Shown one piece after another: positions 27,076-36,205 of a DNA stretch of 64,000 nt. Below the pieces are notes generated by a model. It saw only the letters and a list, made by a program, of their open reading frames with translations, had not been told where the DNA came from and searched no databases. A program made the translations under genes and the position numbers. Positions within the stretch are counted from its first letter, which is position 1. The number at the start of each line of letters is the position of its first letter. Source of the stretch: an uncultured Candidatus Saccharibacteria bacterium (GTDB taxonomy: Bacteria; Patescibacteriota; Minisyncoccia; Phycocordibacterales; UBA918); contig CAZKFF010000007.1 in NCBI GenBank assembly GCA_964552045.1, positions 3,949 to 67,948 of the forward strand. The letters run 5' to 3'.

Positions 27076-28073
27076 TGCAATTTTTGAAAACATTGTGCTT
27101 TATATGGTTCTTGTAATACGTCGCACAGTTGTGCCGCCAAAACATCTCCCCCCTCTTCAGCCCGCACCAGCCATGTCGCTCCTTCGTGGCAGAGCCCCTG
27201 TGAAGCGCCATTTGGCATCAGGGCGCACCATGCAATGATCTGGTCAACATCGAATTTCGCATCAGCGGCGATGTAATTGCCGGTGCCATTGTAACACGCT
27301 TGATATTCAGCACTGTTGCTCGGCAGCTTCGCGCACAGCGCTCCTATGCGTGCATAATCCTTCCCGACCACTGATTGCCACCATTGGACCTGTTCAAAAT
27401 AACAAGACGCCTGGAAACGCTGCGGAAGGACATTGCACGGCGCATAGAGATCGTCTCCGGCCTCGCGGACAAAATCAGTGCTGTCGTCCATGGTGTGAAA
27501 GTTGTACTCCATGAAGACGCCACTTGAGCAGCCGCCGGTTGGAAGTGTTGAGATGGTCTCGCACAGTTCAAGCGCCTGCAGGAGATTATCGTAATCGGTA
27601 TAGACCAAAAGACCGTGTCCGATGCCGTGCTGGCATGGTAAATCCTTGTCACCGAACTTGTCCTTGCATGCTTCGCTGAAGCGCGGCAACGTGCCGATCC
27701 CTTCGGCGTTCACCGCGACGCCGAAGAAACTGTGGTAACAGCCGAATTCAAATGAACTGTCGCAGTAGCGCAGTCCGCTTATGCCCTCCGCCTCATAGAG
27801 AGCCTCACCGAATGCATGGGCTTGGGAGTGCGTCGCAAGCGAGCTGCGCGGCGCTTCTTCGAGAAAATCCGCATATGCCTTTTCCGGACCGATCGCTTCT
27901 ATGGTTGCCTTCCAGTGTTCCTTCAGTTCACGAAGCTCGCTTGCTACCGCAGGAAACGTGTCGCCGAGGTTATCTTCTTTTTGTTTTTCGCCCAAAAAAT
28001 ACCAGAGAATGCCGCCGCACAAAAGCGCAGCGATGAGAACTCCTGGAATGATGAATCGGGCAGTACGCAGCAT
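27072..28073 (-). CDS. Membrane-anchored Cys/His-repeat protein (paralog 6)
   Basis: THSQAHAFG, CDSSFEFGCYHS, CQHGIGHG, CSSGVFME. Confidence 0.85.
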   Translation of the reverse strand: MLRTARFIIPGVLIAALLCGGILWYFLGEKQKEDNLGDTFPAVASELRELKEHWKATIEAIGPEKAYADFLEEAPRSSLATHSQAHAFGEALYEAEGISGLRYCDSSFEFGCYHSFFGVAVNAEGIGTLPRFSEACKDKFGDKDLPCQHGIGHGLLVYTDYDNLLQALELCETISTLPTGGCSSGVFMEYNFHTMDDSTDFVREAGDDLYAPCNVLPQRFQASCYFEQVQWWQSVVGKDYARIGALCAKLPSNSAEYQACYNGTGNYIAADAKFDVDQIIAWCALMPNGASQGLCHEGATWLVRAEEGGDVLAAQLCDVLQEPYKAQCFQKLQ

Positions 28074-28076
28074 GGT

Positions 28077-29333
28077 TTATTGCAAGAGTACGTCGGTGCA
28101 CTCCTGTTTGTATGCTTCCGGCACCGCATTGCAGATTGACTGCCGCGCGCTGAAATCAGGCCGGTAATACGTTGTAATCTCAAAGAGATGGTCAAAGCAC
28201 TCTTGTGCAACACTGTCATCAAGAAGCGAGCAGTACCGGATGGAAACCTCGGGGTCGTTCTCTCCTCCCCAATACAACGAGTCGAGTATCTCAATGAGGC
28301 ACGCAACCTGCGCTTCTTCCTTATGCGCGAGCATACACCAGCTTGCAGCAAGTTCGAGCTTGTCATTCGGCGTATCTTCTATGCGGCGGATATCACGATC
28401 CTGCGCAAGCACAATGAACTCCTTGCCGAGACCTGCGTAGCATGCCTCACGCTGCACATCGTTCTGCACCTCGTCACAGAATGCAAAGCTCTTCGGATAA
28501 ATGTCAGGGGTAGGATTACCATTGACCGCTCCTGCTGCATCAAAGATGTACGGTGTGATATATGAATAGCAGAGCACTTTCGCCTCCTCTGGCATATAGT
28601 CCTCCTTGCACAGTCGAAGCGGATCGTCCGGCGTCAGGTATTTGTCGCGCTTCTGCGCCCAGATCTCCGGATCATGCACTCCCTGATGCATTTCCATGAC
28701 AATGCCGCCCATGCACTGGTATGCCTCCTCGTTGTGATACTGTGCGGTTCCGACCTTTTTACACAGCTCAATGGCATCGGGTATTTCGTACTCAGTATAG
28801 GCGAGCACGCCGTGGCCGAAACCGTGGAAGCACATGGTATACGCCCCCGGGCCGCCTGGAGCCTTCTTGCACACCTCATTCACCTTGTCGAAGACGGCGA
28901 GACCGTCAGCTAAAAGCGCGCCGACGACAATGGAGTGGGAGCATGCATTGCGGAAATCATGCGTGCAGTACTGCATGCCCTCGAGATTTTCCTGCTTATA
29001 AAGCTCGTCGCCAACCGCATGTCCGAGAAGATGGAGGTCCATATTAGGCGGAAGAATGGCGCGTTTGAGTACCTCAAAAGAGTATACTCCGCCTTTTTCC
29101 TGCGCGAGATCGACAAAAAATGCCCGAATGGAAGCAAAATCGTCGTCTACGGTTTCGAGTTTCTGCAGATCCTCTGCGAAAGCGGCTTCACTGAACTGCA
29201 CTGCCTGCTTCGGACCAGCATCAAGATTACTATTGATCGTGCCGGCATACAGTAGATACCCGAGTACGGATACAGCACATATCCCAAGGATGCCCAATGC
29301 GATGGCTTTATATGGAAGGTTTATTTGTCTCAT
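28077..29333 (-). CDS. Membrane-anchored Cys/His-repeat protein (paralog 7)
   Basis: LHLLGHAVG, CTHDFRNACSHS, CFHGFGHG, CMGGIVME. Confidence 0.85.
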   Translation of the reverse strand: MRQINLPYKAIALGILGICAVSVLGYLLYAGTINSNLDAGPKQAVQFSEAAFAEDLQKLETVDDDFASIRAFFVDLAQEKGGVYSFEVLKRAILPPNMDLHLLGHAVGDELYKQENLEGMQYCTHDFRNACSHSIVVGALLADGLAVFDKVNEVCKKAPGGPGAYTMCFHGFGHGVLAYTEYEIPDAIELCKKVGTAQYHNEEAYQCMGGIVMEMHQGVHDPEIWAQKRDKYLTPDDPLRLCKEDYMPEEAKVLCYSYITPYIFDAAGAVNGNPTPDIYPKSFAFCDEVQNDVQREACYAGLGKEFIVLAQDRDIRRIEDTPNDKLELAASWCMLAHKEEAQVACLIEILDSLYWGGENDPEVSIRYCSLLDDSVAQECFDHLFEITTYYRPDFSARQSICNAVPEAYKQECTDVLLQ

Positions 29334-29365
29334 TGTGCACAGTGTAGCACAAAGCTACCTATACG

Positions 29366-29397
29366 AATAAAGCACAGCGTGCGTGCTGTGCTTTATT
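29366..29397. terminator. Terminator hairpin after rpsT
   Basis: aataaagcacagc-gtgcgt-gctgtgctttatt. Confidence 0.65.
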
Positions 29398-29414
29398 ACG
29401 TGCAGCTCTTCAGT

Positions 29415-29678
29415 TTATTTCACGCGCTTGATCGCGGCAACCAGCCGTGACTTTTTGCGGGCAGCGGTATTGTCTTTGATCACTCCCCTTTTTGCCGCCT
29501 TGTCGATAGCTTTGTAGGCCTGCGGAAGCATGTTTTGCGCTTCATCCTTCTTCCCTGACTCAGCGAGCTTGCGCAGTTTTTTGACCGTATCGTTCATTGC
29601 GGTCTTGCGGCGCACATTGAAAACGTGCTTTTTCTGCGATGAACGAAGTGCTTTGTGTGCTCCTTTGGTAATTGGCAT
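29415..29678 (-). CDS. rpsT: 30S ribosomal protein S20
   Basis: MPITKGAHKALRSS...AYKAIDKAAKRGVIKDNTAARKKSRL. Confidence 0.97.
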   Translation of the reverse strand: MPITKGAHKALRSSQKKHVFNVRRKTAMNDTVKKLRKLAESGKKDEAQNMLPQAYKAIDKAAKRGVIKDNTAARKKSRLVAAIKRVK

Positions 29679-29743
29679 ATGTTACGTTTATGTGGCGCAA
29701 ACTATACCCTACTCACTCCAAAAAAGCAATACAATACGAGTTT

Positions 29744-30220
29744 TTATGTTTCCTGGATGCGCGGAAGCACCTTCACCGACGCGGAATCCTCGTTTCCTGC
29801 GCCGTCGCAGGTAATGGTGTACGTGGTCTCTCCCGACGGGATCGACGAGCGTGAATCAGCAACATTGCCGTCGGGAGTCGCAGGCGGAAGAGCCATAACG
29901 TTGTCAGAAAGGACACAATTGGTGTTTGACCGCGGATCCCACGACACGATGACCGGATCGCCGAGCCGTATGATGGACTTGTTGACATTGATCTCAGGCA
30001 CGAGCGCGCAGTCATGTATCGGTCCATGCGACGTGTCGCTGCAACCGCTTGCGGGCATGGCAAATCCTCCCGCTTCGCCCCGTGGAGAGACTTCGCTCAG
30101 ACCGAACTCCACCGAAGGCTGCTGCAGCGTAGCAACAAGCGGGGTGGCATCAGAACCCAGGCCCACGATGCTCCCAACAAAGAGGACGGCGGAAGCGACT
30201 ATATTAATTAAAGTTTCCAT
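29744..30220 (-). CDS. Hypothetical secreted protein with an Ig-like C-terminal domain
   Basis: Signal-like N-terminus; VSW...C...TTYTITC pattern. Confidence 0.7.
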   Translation of the reverse strand: METLINIVASAVLFVGSIVGLGSDATPLVATLQQPSVEFGLSEVSPRGEAGGFAMPASGCSDTSHGPIHDCALVPEINVNKSIIRLGDPVIVSWDPRSNTNCVLSDNVMALPPATPDGNVADSRSSIPSGETTYTITCDGAGNEDSASVKVLPRIQET

Positions 30221-30271
30221 ACCCTTCTATTATTCCATACCCTGCAAATAGCCGGGTATGCCACGTGTGAA

Positions 30272-31099
30272 CTACTGTGAAGCAATGTCGATATTCTTCT
30301 GTATGATCGCCCGAAACTCAGCGAGACCCTGCGACCATGCCTGCGGATCATTTCCCGGATACGAGCGTCCCCAGTCCTGTACGCTCAGGAGCGCTGCTGC
30401 TTCTTTTGCCCGTTGCAGGTACGGCAGCGCCGCATCTGCATCGCGCGTATTCATGACCGCCAGGCCGTACATATTGAGGAGCCACGCATTGTCCGGCTCG
30501 TATTCGAGGCCCTCTTCAAGCACGGGGAGCATGGATTCGTATTTTCCCTGCGCAAAATATATCCATGCGAGATCGACACGCGACCACGGCGCCTGCGGCG
30601 CAAATGTTATGAAATGTGTGAATGCCTCCTCGGCGCGGACCCAGTCGTCTTGGTTTCCTCCCACGCGCGCCTGATATCCGTAGGTCAGTCCGATCATGTA
30701 ATAGACATTGGGGACGCTGTCACCGAACAGACGTATCTGCGTATTGAAATTCTCGAGGGCGGCATCGAACTTGCCTTCGATGAAATCGATGCGGCCGAGC
30801 TGATAGTACACGTATTTGTTCTCACTGGGGCGCGCAGCGATCTCAAGCTCGAAATAATGCCGCGCCTTTTGAATATCGTACGGGCCTTCGGGATCCTCGT
30901 CATGGTTGAAGTAGTATTGGCCGATCTCAAAATAGGTCCTGTTCTGGAGTTCCAGAGCCTGCGCCTGCTGCGCTTGCATCACAGACGAAAACAAAAGCCA
31001 CACGCCAAAAGTGAAGAAGAGGCAGGCGCCGCCAATTGCCAGCAGCAGCTCCCCGGAAACAGACTGTAAATGCAACTTCATGCGAGTTAAGTATAGCAA
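30272..31099 (-). CDS. Membrane-anchored TPR protein
   Basis: YYQLGRIDFIEGKFDAALENF, DLAWIYFAQGKY, NAWLLNMYGLA repeats. Confidence 0.85.
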   Translation of the reverse strand: MLYLTRMKLHLQSVSGELLLAIGGACLFFTFGVWLLFSSVMQAQQAQALELQNRTYFEIGQYYFNHDEDPEGPYDIQKARHYFELEIAARPSENKYVYYQLGRIDFIEGKFDAALENFNTQIRLFGDSVPNVYYMIGLTYGYQARVGGNQDDWVRAEEAFTHFITFAPQAPWSRVDLAWIYFAQGKYESMLPVLEEGLEYEPDNAWLLNMYGLAVMNTRDADAALPYLQRAKEAAALLSVQDWGRSYPGNDPQAWSQGLAEFRAIIQKNIDIASQ

Positions 31100-31158
31100 A
31101 CAGATACCGCGCCTCGTGCGCTATCACATCCGCTACATATATATAGTATAGTAGTGCC

Positions 31159-31752
31159 ATGATCCGCAGAATCCACGGCATCGCTGTTGATGTGCATCCG
31201 ACCTATGTGGTTATTGATGTGCAGGGAGTGGGGTATCTGGTCTACACGACAGCACGGAGCGCGTTCGGAGAAGGAAGCGAGGTGACGCTCTTTACGCACC
31301 TGGCTGTGCGTGAGAATGCACTTGACCTGTATGGCTTTACCTCTATGCACGAGCTCGCCTTTTTTGAACAGCTTTTGACGCTGCCAAAGATCGGGCCGAA
31401 GTCAGCAATCCAGATACTCTCGCAGGCTGATGTCTCTCTCATACAAAATGCAATCATATCTCAAGACCCAGCTCACTTGTCCAAGATGTCTGGCATCAGC
31501 AGGAAAACTGCAGAAAAGATCGTACTCGGGCTGAAGGACTTATTTGACGCTCAGCATTATACCTATGATGGAAGTTCGCCTGATTCCTCACCTGAATACA
31601 ATGCTTTGCTCAGTGATACTATCGATGCTTTGGTGACTTTAGGATATCCTCAGGCTGATGCGCGCAAGACAGTCCAGCAATTGCTTTCAGATAAACCCCA
31701 GATAGACTCCGTAAACGACGCAATAAAAGAAGCTTTGAAAGTACTTGCATAA
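31159..31752 (+). CDS. ruvA: Holliday junction branch migration protein RuvA
   Basis: VIDVQGVGY, VRENALDLYGF, IGPKSA, KTAEKIVLGLKD, ALVTLGY. Confidence 0.97.
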   Translation: MIRRIHGIAVDVHPTYVVIDVQGVGYLVYTTARSAFGEGSEVTLFTHLAVRENALDLYGFTSMHELAFFEQLLTLPKIGPKSAIQILSQADVSLIQNAIISQDPAHLSKMSGISRKTAEKIVLGLKDLFDAQHYTYDGSSPDSSPEYNALLSDTIDALVTLGYPQADARKTVQQLLSDKPQIDSVNDAIKEALKVLA

Positions 31753-31757
31753 CATGC

Positions 31758-33266
31758 CTATTTCCTCTTAAGAAGGCACTTGTTGAGTCTTATATAATTG
31801 TTTTCTATGTACTGACGACTTCGTGGTGAGAGGAGGTCCCTATGTTCTCCTGGATCAGCAATGATAAATCTGACTTTTTTATCCTCAAGTGCGCGAATGA
31901 GATCGTCACCATACACATCATACCCGGCAATTGCTCTTGCGGTTTCCCCGTGCAGCAGATTATAAGACCAATAATATTGCACGTCTTCGTTAAAAACGTA
32001 CCCGCCACATACATTCCAAAAGAAAAAAACTGGTTCTGAACGTTGCGTATGCTTAAGCATAAAACGTGATAAATCCTTCTGCTCCTGCAAGAGTACCGGC
32101 TCCCGATCTATACTGTTCAATCTTTCAACAAGATAATCCTCCATTGGTACAAAGAAAAGTAAGAGTAGGATTGGAGAAAATACTAATAGTTCACCGGTGT
32201 TTATTTTCAGGAGCCGAAATACCCTAGTAGCGCCATAGGCACAGAGTATCGCTAAAAGCGGGAGAAAGACCAAAAATGATTGTGAATACATACCGAGGAG
32301 TATTGTAGAGGTGGAACCAGCAGTAACCCACAAGAATAAAACGTGTTCAGCACAACGTTTAGTTGCCACTTCCCACAGAAGAAGCAAGAAACTCAGGCAG
32401 GTTAGAATGAGCAACGGCAGCTGATGTGTGTATATCTCCTTCCAATAGAAAGGGAGCATTCCAAGCTCTTTATCCATACCCAGCAGTACCCAGTTGTAGT
32501 AGTAATTACTGCGCAGATACGCTTCGCCGCCGCCAAGCGCATAGAAACAAAGAACGATGAATCCAAGCACGCTCACAATGCCTAAACAGATTGCAACCAA
32601 CTTAAAGAGGTTAGCTCGAAATTGAGCCTTTTGGAGGATAAGATTGAGGAAGAGAAAAAGAAACACAAAAGCAATCCCCAATATTGCTTTTGTGTTTGCA
32701 GCAATAGCCAGACCGAAGAGTATGCCCGATACATAAAATGCACGCGGCGTATCTTTACGGAGATGAGCGATAATGACATACAAGCCTAAAAGCCAGAAAA
32801 TATTTTGAAGCTGATCAGGTCTGATCTCAATCCCGTTGAGATGGAAATAATAAATGCTTGAAAGTATCGCAACAGAAAGAAAGGAGAGAAGATGAGATCT
32901 GAATAGCAGTTGCGCCAACTGGAAAGTAATATAGGCGAGAATCACCATATAAAAAAAACTAACGCAACGCAGGAACGTGAATGTAGAGAAATCAGCATCG
33001 AGATCAAAGACGGAAAACAGTACGTAGTTAACTACAGGATAAACGACACCATGATGTTCCCAAAAATCTGCATAGATGAGCTTGGCATTGTGGAACATAT
33101 TCCAGACGATATGTGTATGTTGGAATTCATCTGGATAGAATGGCTTGTTAAAAATAAACAAGAGTGAAAGACTGAAATTATAAGCAGTTACTAACGATAA
33201 AAAACCCCACAAGAAATAGCGGAGCAGTGGATTTTTACTTTTCTTTTTGGGAGAGTCTTCGGACAT
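31758..33266 (-). CDS. Polytopic membrane glycosyltransferase (GT-C/ArnT/PMT-like)
   Basis: PDEFQH, IYADFWEHH, EIRPD motifs; about 11 or more TM segments; AT-rich. Confidence 0.7.
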   Translation of the reverse strand: MSEDSPKKKSKNPLLRYFLWGFLSLVTAYNFSLSLLFIFNKPFYPDEFQHTHIVWNMFHNAKLIYADFWEHHGVVYPVVNYVLFSVFDLDADFSTFTFLRCVSFFYMVILAYITFQLAQLLFRSHLLSFLSVAILSSIYYFHLNGIEIRPDQLQNIFWLLGLYVIIAHLRKDTPRAFYVSGILFGLAIAANTKAILGIAFVFLFLFLNLILQKAQFRANLFKLVAICLGIVSVLGFIVLCFYALGGGEAYLRSNYYYNWVLLGMDKELGMLPFYWKEIYTHQLPLLILTCLSFLLLLWEVATKRCAEHVLFLWVTAGSTSTILLGMYSQSFLVFLPLLAILCAYGATRVFRLLKINTGELLVFSPILLLLFFVPMEDYLVERLNSIDREPVLLQEQKDLSRFMLKHTQRSEPVFFFWNVCGGYVFNEDVQYYWSYNLLHGETARAIAGYDVYGDDLIRALEDKKVRFIIADPGEHRDLLSPRSRQYIENNYIRLNKCLLKRK

Positions 33267-33343
33267 TCCTAGAATTTTAATAGACTATGTTATGCATTCT
33301 TAACGCATCCATATTATAATATAGTCACAATTATTTCTGCACC

Positions 33344-34036
33344 ATGCATGTCTCCGTCATTATTCCCTGCCTCAATGAAGAGAGGACGATCGAAGCATGT
33401 ATATGTAAAGCCCATACAGGCCTACAGGTTTTTGAAGACACGAGCGAAATTATCGTTGCAGACAATGGCAGTATCGATAATTCTGTATTTATCGCTCGCT
33501 CGCTCGGTGCCCGTGTCGTGCATGTGAAAGAACGAGGATACGGAAGTGCAATCATGGGAGGCATTACAGCAGCAAGCGGCACCTATATAGTTATAGGTGA
33601 CGCGGACGAAAGCTACGATTTCTCTGTCATACCTCTCTTTATTGAAAAACTGCAGAAAGATTCCTGCGACTTGGTAATCGGCAATAGATTTATTGGGACC
33701 ATACTGCCCGGAGCGATGCCATTTCTGAATCGTTATCTTGGAAATCCCGTCTTGAGTTTCATTGGTAGACTCCTGTATGGAAATGTCTGTGGTGATTTCC
33801 ACTGCGGCCTCCGAGCAGGACGGAGAAATTCGCTCCTCTCCCTTAACCTCTCATGTACAGGCATGGAGTTTGCAACTGAAATGATAATCAAGGCGGCGCG
33901 GCACAAACTCAAGATAGGCGAAGTTCCGATAACATTGTACCCCGATGGTCGCAATCGCCCACCTCATCTGCGACCATGGAGAGACGGGTTGCGACATCTC
34001 ATATTCATGTTGAGGTACAGACTGCAGAAAAAATAA
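33344..34036 (+). CDS. GT2 glycosyltransferase (DPM1-like polyprenol-phosphate sugar synthase)
   Basis: VSVIIPCLNEE, VADNGSID, GDADESYD, DFHCGLR, GMEFATEM, HLRPWRDG. Confidence 0.92.
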   Translation: MHVSVIIPCLNEERTIEACICKAHTGLQVFEDTSEIIVADNGSIDNSVFIARSLGARVVHVKERGYGSAIMGGITAASGTYIVIGDADESYDFSVIPLFIEKLQKDSCDLVIGNRFIGTILPGAMPFLNRYLGNPVLSFIGRLLYGNVCGDFHCGLRAGRRNSLLSLNLSCTGMEFATEMIIKAARHKLKIGEVPITLYPDGRNRPPHLRPWRDGLRHLIFMLRYRLQKK

Positions 34037-34094
34037 TTCGGTGATCAATACACCACTTATTTTTTGTTTTAAGTTCATGCGCTATACTAACAAC

Positions 34095-35381
34095 ATGAAC
34101 ACGGCGCTTTACTGGATCAAACGTTTTATCCCCCCTATTCTGCTTAACAAGATCCGGCCAGCGTATCACTTCATGCTTGCCTACTTCGGAAGCATCATTT
34201 ACAAACACCCATCGCGCAACATCACCGTCATCGCCGTAACCGGTACTAAAGGCAAGTCCACAGTAACTGAGCTTATTGCTGCCATACTCGAAGCCAATGG
34301 ATACAAAGTTGCTTCCCTTTCGACCATTCAGTTCAAGATCGGACAGGATGTCAGGCGAAACCTCTTCAAGATGACATTGCCTGGGCGGTTCTTTGTGCAG
34401 CACTTTCTGCGTGAAGCAGTTGATGAGAAATGCACACATGCGGTTGTTGAAATGACCTCTGAAGGAGCGCGGCAGTTCCGCCACCGGTTCATTGAGCTTG
34501 ACGCGCTTGTGTTCACCAACCTCTCCCCAGAGCATATCGAATCGCATGGTTCTTTTGAAAAGTATAAGGAGGCGAAGCTGCAGATCATGCACCAGCTTGA
34601 GGCATCTGCCAAACAGCCTCGGTACATAGTAGCCAACAGCGACGACCCGCATGGCGCTGATTTTCTCAAGGCAAAAGTTGAGGAAAGGCTCCCCTATGGC
34701 CTTGCAAGTCTCAAGCTCTATACTCTTCATAAGGACGGTATCGGATTGATATTCAAAGACGGCGACGAGGAGATGACCATCCGCGTGCCGCTTGTGGGAC
34801 TGTTCAATGTCTACAACACGCTTGCAGCGATCACGCTCACCCGCGCGCTCGGCGTCCCGCTTACGATCATTGAAAGCGCGCTTCGGTCGCTTCCGCCGAT
34901 CCGTGGCAGAGTTGAACATTTTTATGCTCCGAAAACCGCATCAAAACAGGTCACAGCGATCGTCGACTACGCGCACACGCCCGATTCGCTCGAGCAGCTC
35001 TATAAGGCCTTCAAGGATGTGCCGAAGGTGTGCGTGCTCGGGAACACCGGCGGCGGACGCGACACATGGAAGCGTCCTGAGATGGCCTCCATCGCCGAAC
35101 GCTACTGCGACCACATCATCCTCACCAACGAAGACCCATATGACGAGGATCCCCGGAAGATCGTCGAGGAGATGAGCAAGGGCATCACAAACCAGTCGAA
35201 ACTTGAGATCATCATGGACCGGCGTCTGGCGATACAGACCGCGCTGCAGGCAGCCGCCCCAGGCGGGTATGTGCTCATCAGCGGCAAAGGAACCGACCCG
35301 TACATCATGGGGCCGCACAATACCCGACAGGTGTGGAGCGACGCAGAGGTGGTAGAGGAGGAATTAGCGAAACTCGTATAA
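34095..35381 (+). CDS. murE: UDP-MurNAc-tripeptide synthetase (Mur ligase, MurE-like)
   Basis: AVTGTKGKST, VEMTSEG, FTNLSPEHIE, VDYAHTPDS, NEDPYDEDP, SGKG. Confidence 0.88.
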   Translation: MNTALYWIKRFIPPILLNKIRPAYHFMLAYFGSIIYKHPSRNITVIAVTGTKGKSTVTELIAAILEANGYKVASLSTIQFKIGQDVRRNLFKMTLPGRFFVQHFLREAVDEKCTHAVVEMTSEGARQFRHRFIELDALVFTNLSPEHIESHGSFEKYKEAKLQIMHQLEASAKQPRYIVANSDDPHGADFLKAKVEERLPYGLASLKLYTLHKDGIGLIFKDGDEEMTIRVPLVGLFNVYNTLAAITLTRALGVPLTIIESALRSLPPIRGRVEHFYAPKTASKQVTAIVDYAHTPDSLEQLYKAFKDVPKVCVLGNTGGGRDTWKRPEMASIAERYCDHIILTNEDPYDEDPRKIVEEMSKGITNQSKLEIIMDRRLAIQTALQAAAPGGYVLISGKGTDPYIMGPHNTRQVWSDAEVVEEELAKLV

Positions 35382-35387
35382 AAAATA

Positions 35388-35417
35388 AAAAAGGCGCGCC
35401 TGCAGGCGCGCCTTTTT
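35388..35417. terminator. Bidirectional terminator (perfect palindrome) between convergent genes
   Basis: aaaaaggcgcgcctgcaggcgcgccttttt. Confidence 0.8.
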
Positions 35418-35892
35418 ATTTTTCCCAGAACAATACGATTCCCGCAGCAACACTTACATTAAGCGACTCTTTCTGCCCGTGCATGGGTATGTGCACGCAT
35501 ATGTCAGCAGCCTGCAGAAGCTCCTGCGAAACACCCTCGACCTCATTCCCCAGGATATAGGCGACCTTCTTCGGAACCGTAAAATCATACAGCGAAACAG
35601 CCGACGGTGTCTGTTCGACCGCGACAACAGAGAACCCCTCTCCCTGCAACGCACGCATATATGCGAGCACCTCCTCCATCGTTTCTTTCTGCTGCCACGC
35701 TACCATATCGCTTGCGCCGAGCGACGTCTTCCTGATCTCTTCTCGCACTCTTCCGAAACGGTCAATCGGCGCAGGCGTGTATCCGCACAGCACGATGCGC
35801 GAAACACCCGCGCCGTCGCCAGTCCTGAAGATCGAACCAACATTGTGCGCGCTGCGCACATTGTCTACGATGACCTGTTTTTCATATTGCAT
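35416..35892 (-). CDS. TrmH/SpoU-family RNA methyltransferase
   Basis: DNVRSAHNVGSIFRT, LGNEVEGV, IPMHGQKESLNVSVAAGI. Confidence 0.95.
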   Translation of the reverse strand: MQYEKQVIVDNVRSAHNVGSIFRTGDGAGVSRIVLCGYTPAPIDRFGRVREEIRKTSLGASDMVAWQQKETMEEVLAYMRALQGEGFSVVAVEQTPSAVSLYDFTVPKKVAYILGNEVEGVSQELLQAADICVHIPMHGQKESLNVSVAAGIVLFWEK

Positions 35893-35964
35893 GGCACTAT
35901 AGTACAGCCACTCGTCGGTTGATTTACCATTTCAACATGGTATAGTTTTCGCACAAAAACACAT

Positions 35965-36037
35965 GCGCCCATAGCTCAGTTGGTAGAGCGGCTCCCTTTT
36001 AAGGAGATGGTCCTAGGTTCGAGCCCTAGTGGGCGCA
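35965..36037 (+). tRNA. tRNA-Lys (TTT)
   Basis: GCGCCCATAGCTCAGTTGGTAGAGCGGCTCCCTTTTAAGGAGATGGTCCTAGGTTCGAGCCCTAGTGGGCGCA. Confidence 0.95.
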
Positions 36038-36120
36038 CTGGTAAGAGAAAGACCGCACTTCATATGTGGTCTTTCTATTTTCCTCAATAAAGGTTCTAAT
36101 ATCGCCCCCTAATACGCACT

Positions 36121-36178
36121 GGAGCACAGGCAGCTAGCTGCCTGTGCTCCGATCGCCGCATCGAAAGATGCGGCGATC
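36121..36178. repeat. Two abutting inverted repeats
   Basis: 30-bp perfect palindrome 36121-36150, then a 12-bp stem with GAAA loop 36151-36178. Confidence 0.85.
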
Positions 36179-36205
36179 TCCTTTCAAAAGCTCCTTTGTT
36201 CAAGC

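Noticed and set aside
20808-29333. Cys/His proteins as multiheme cytochromes c
   Set aside because: No CxxCH motifs; the His residues occur as CHxxxH, GxxHG and CxHGxGH.
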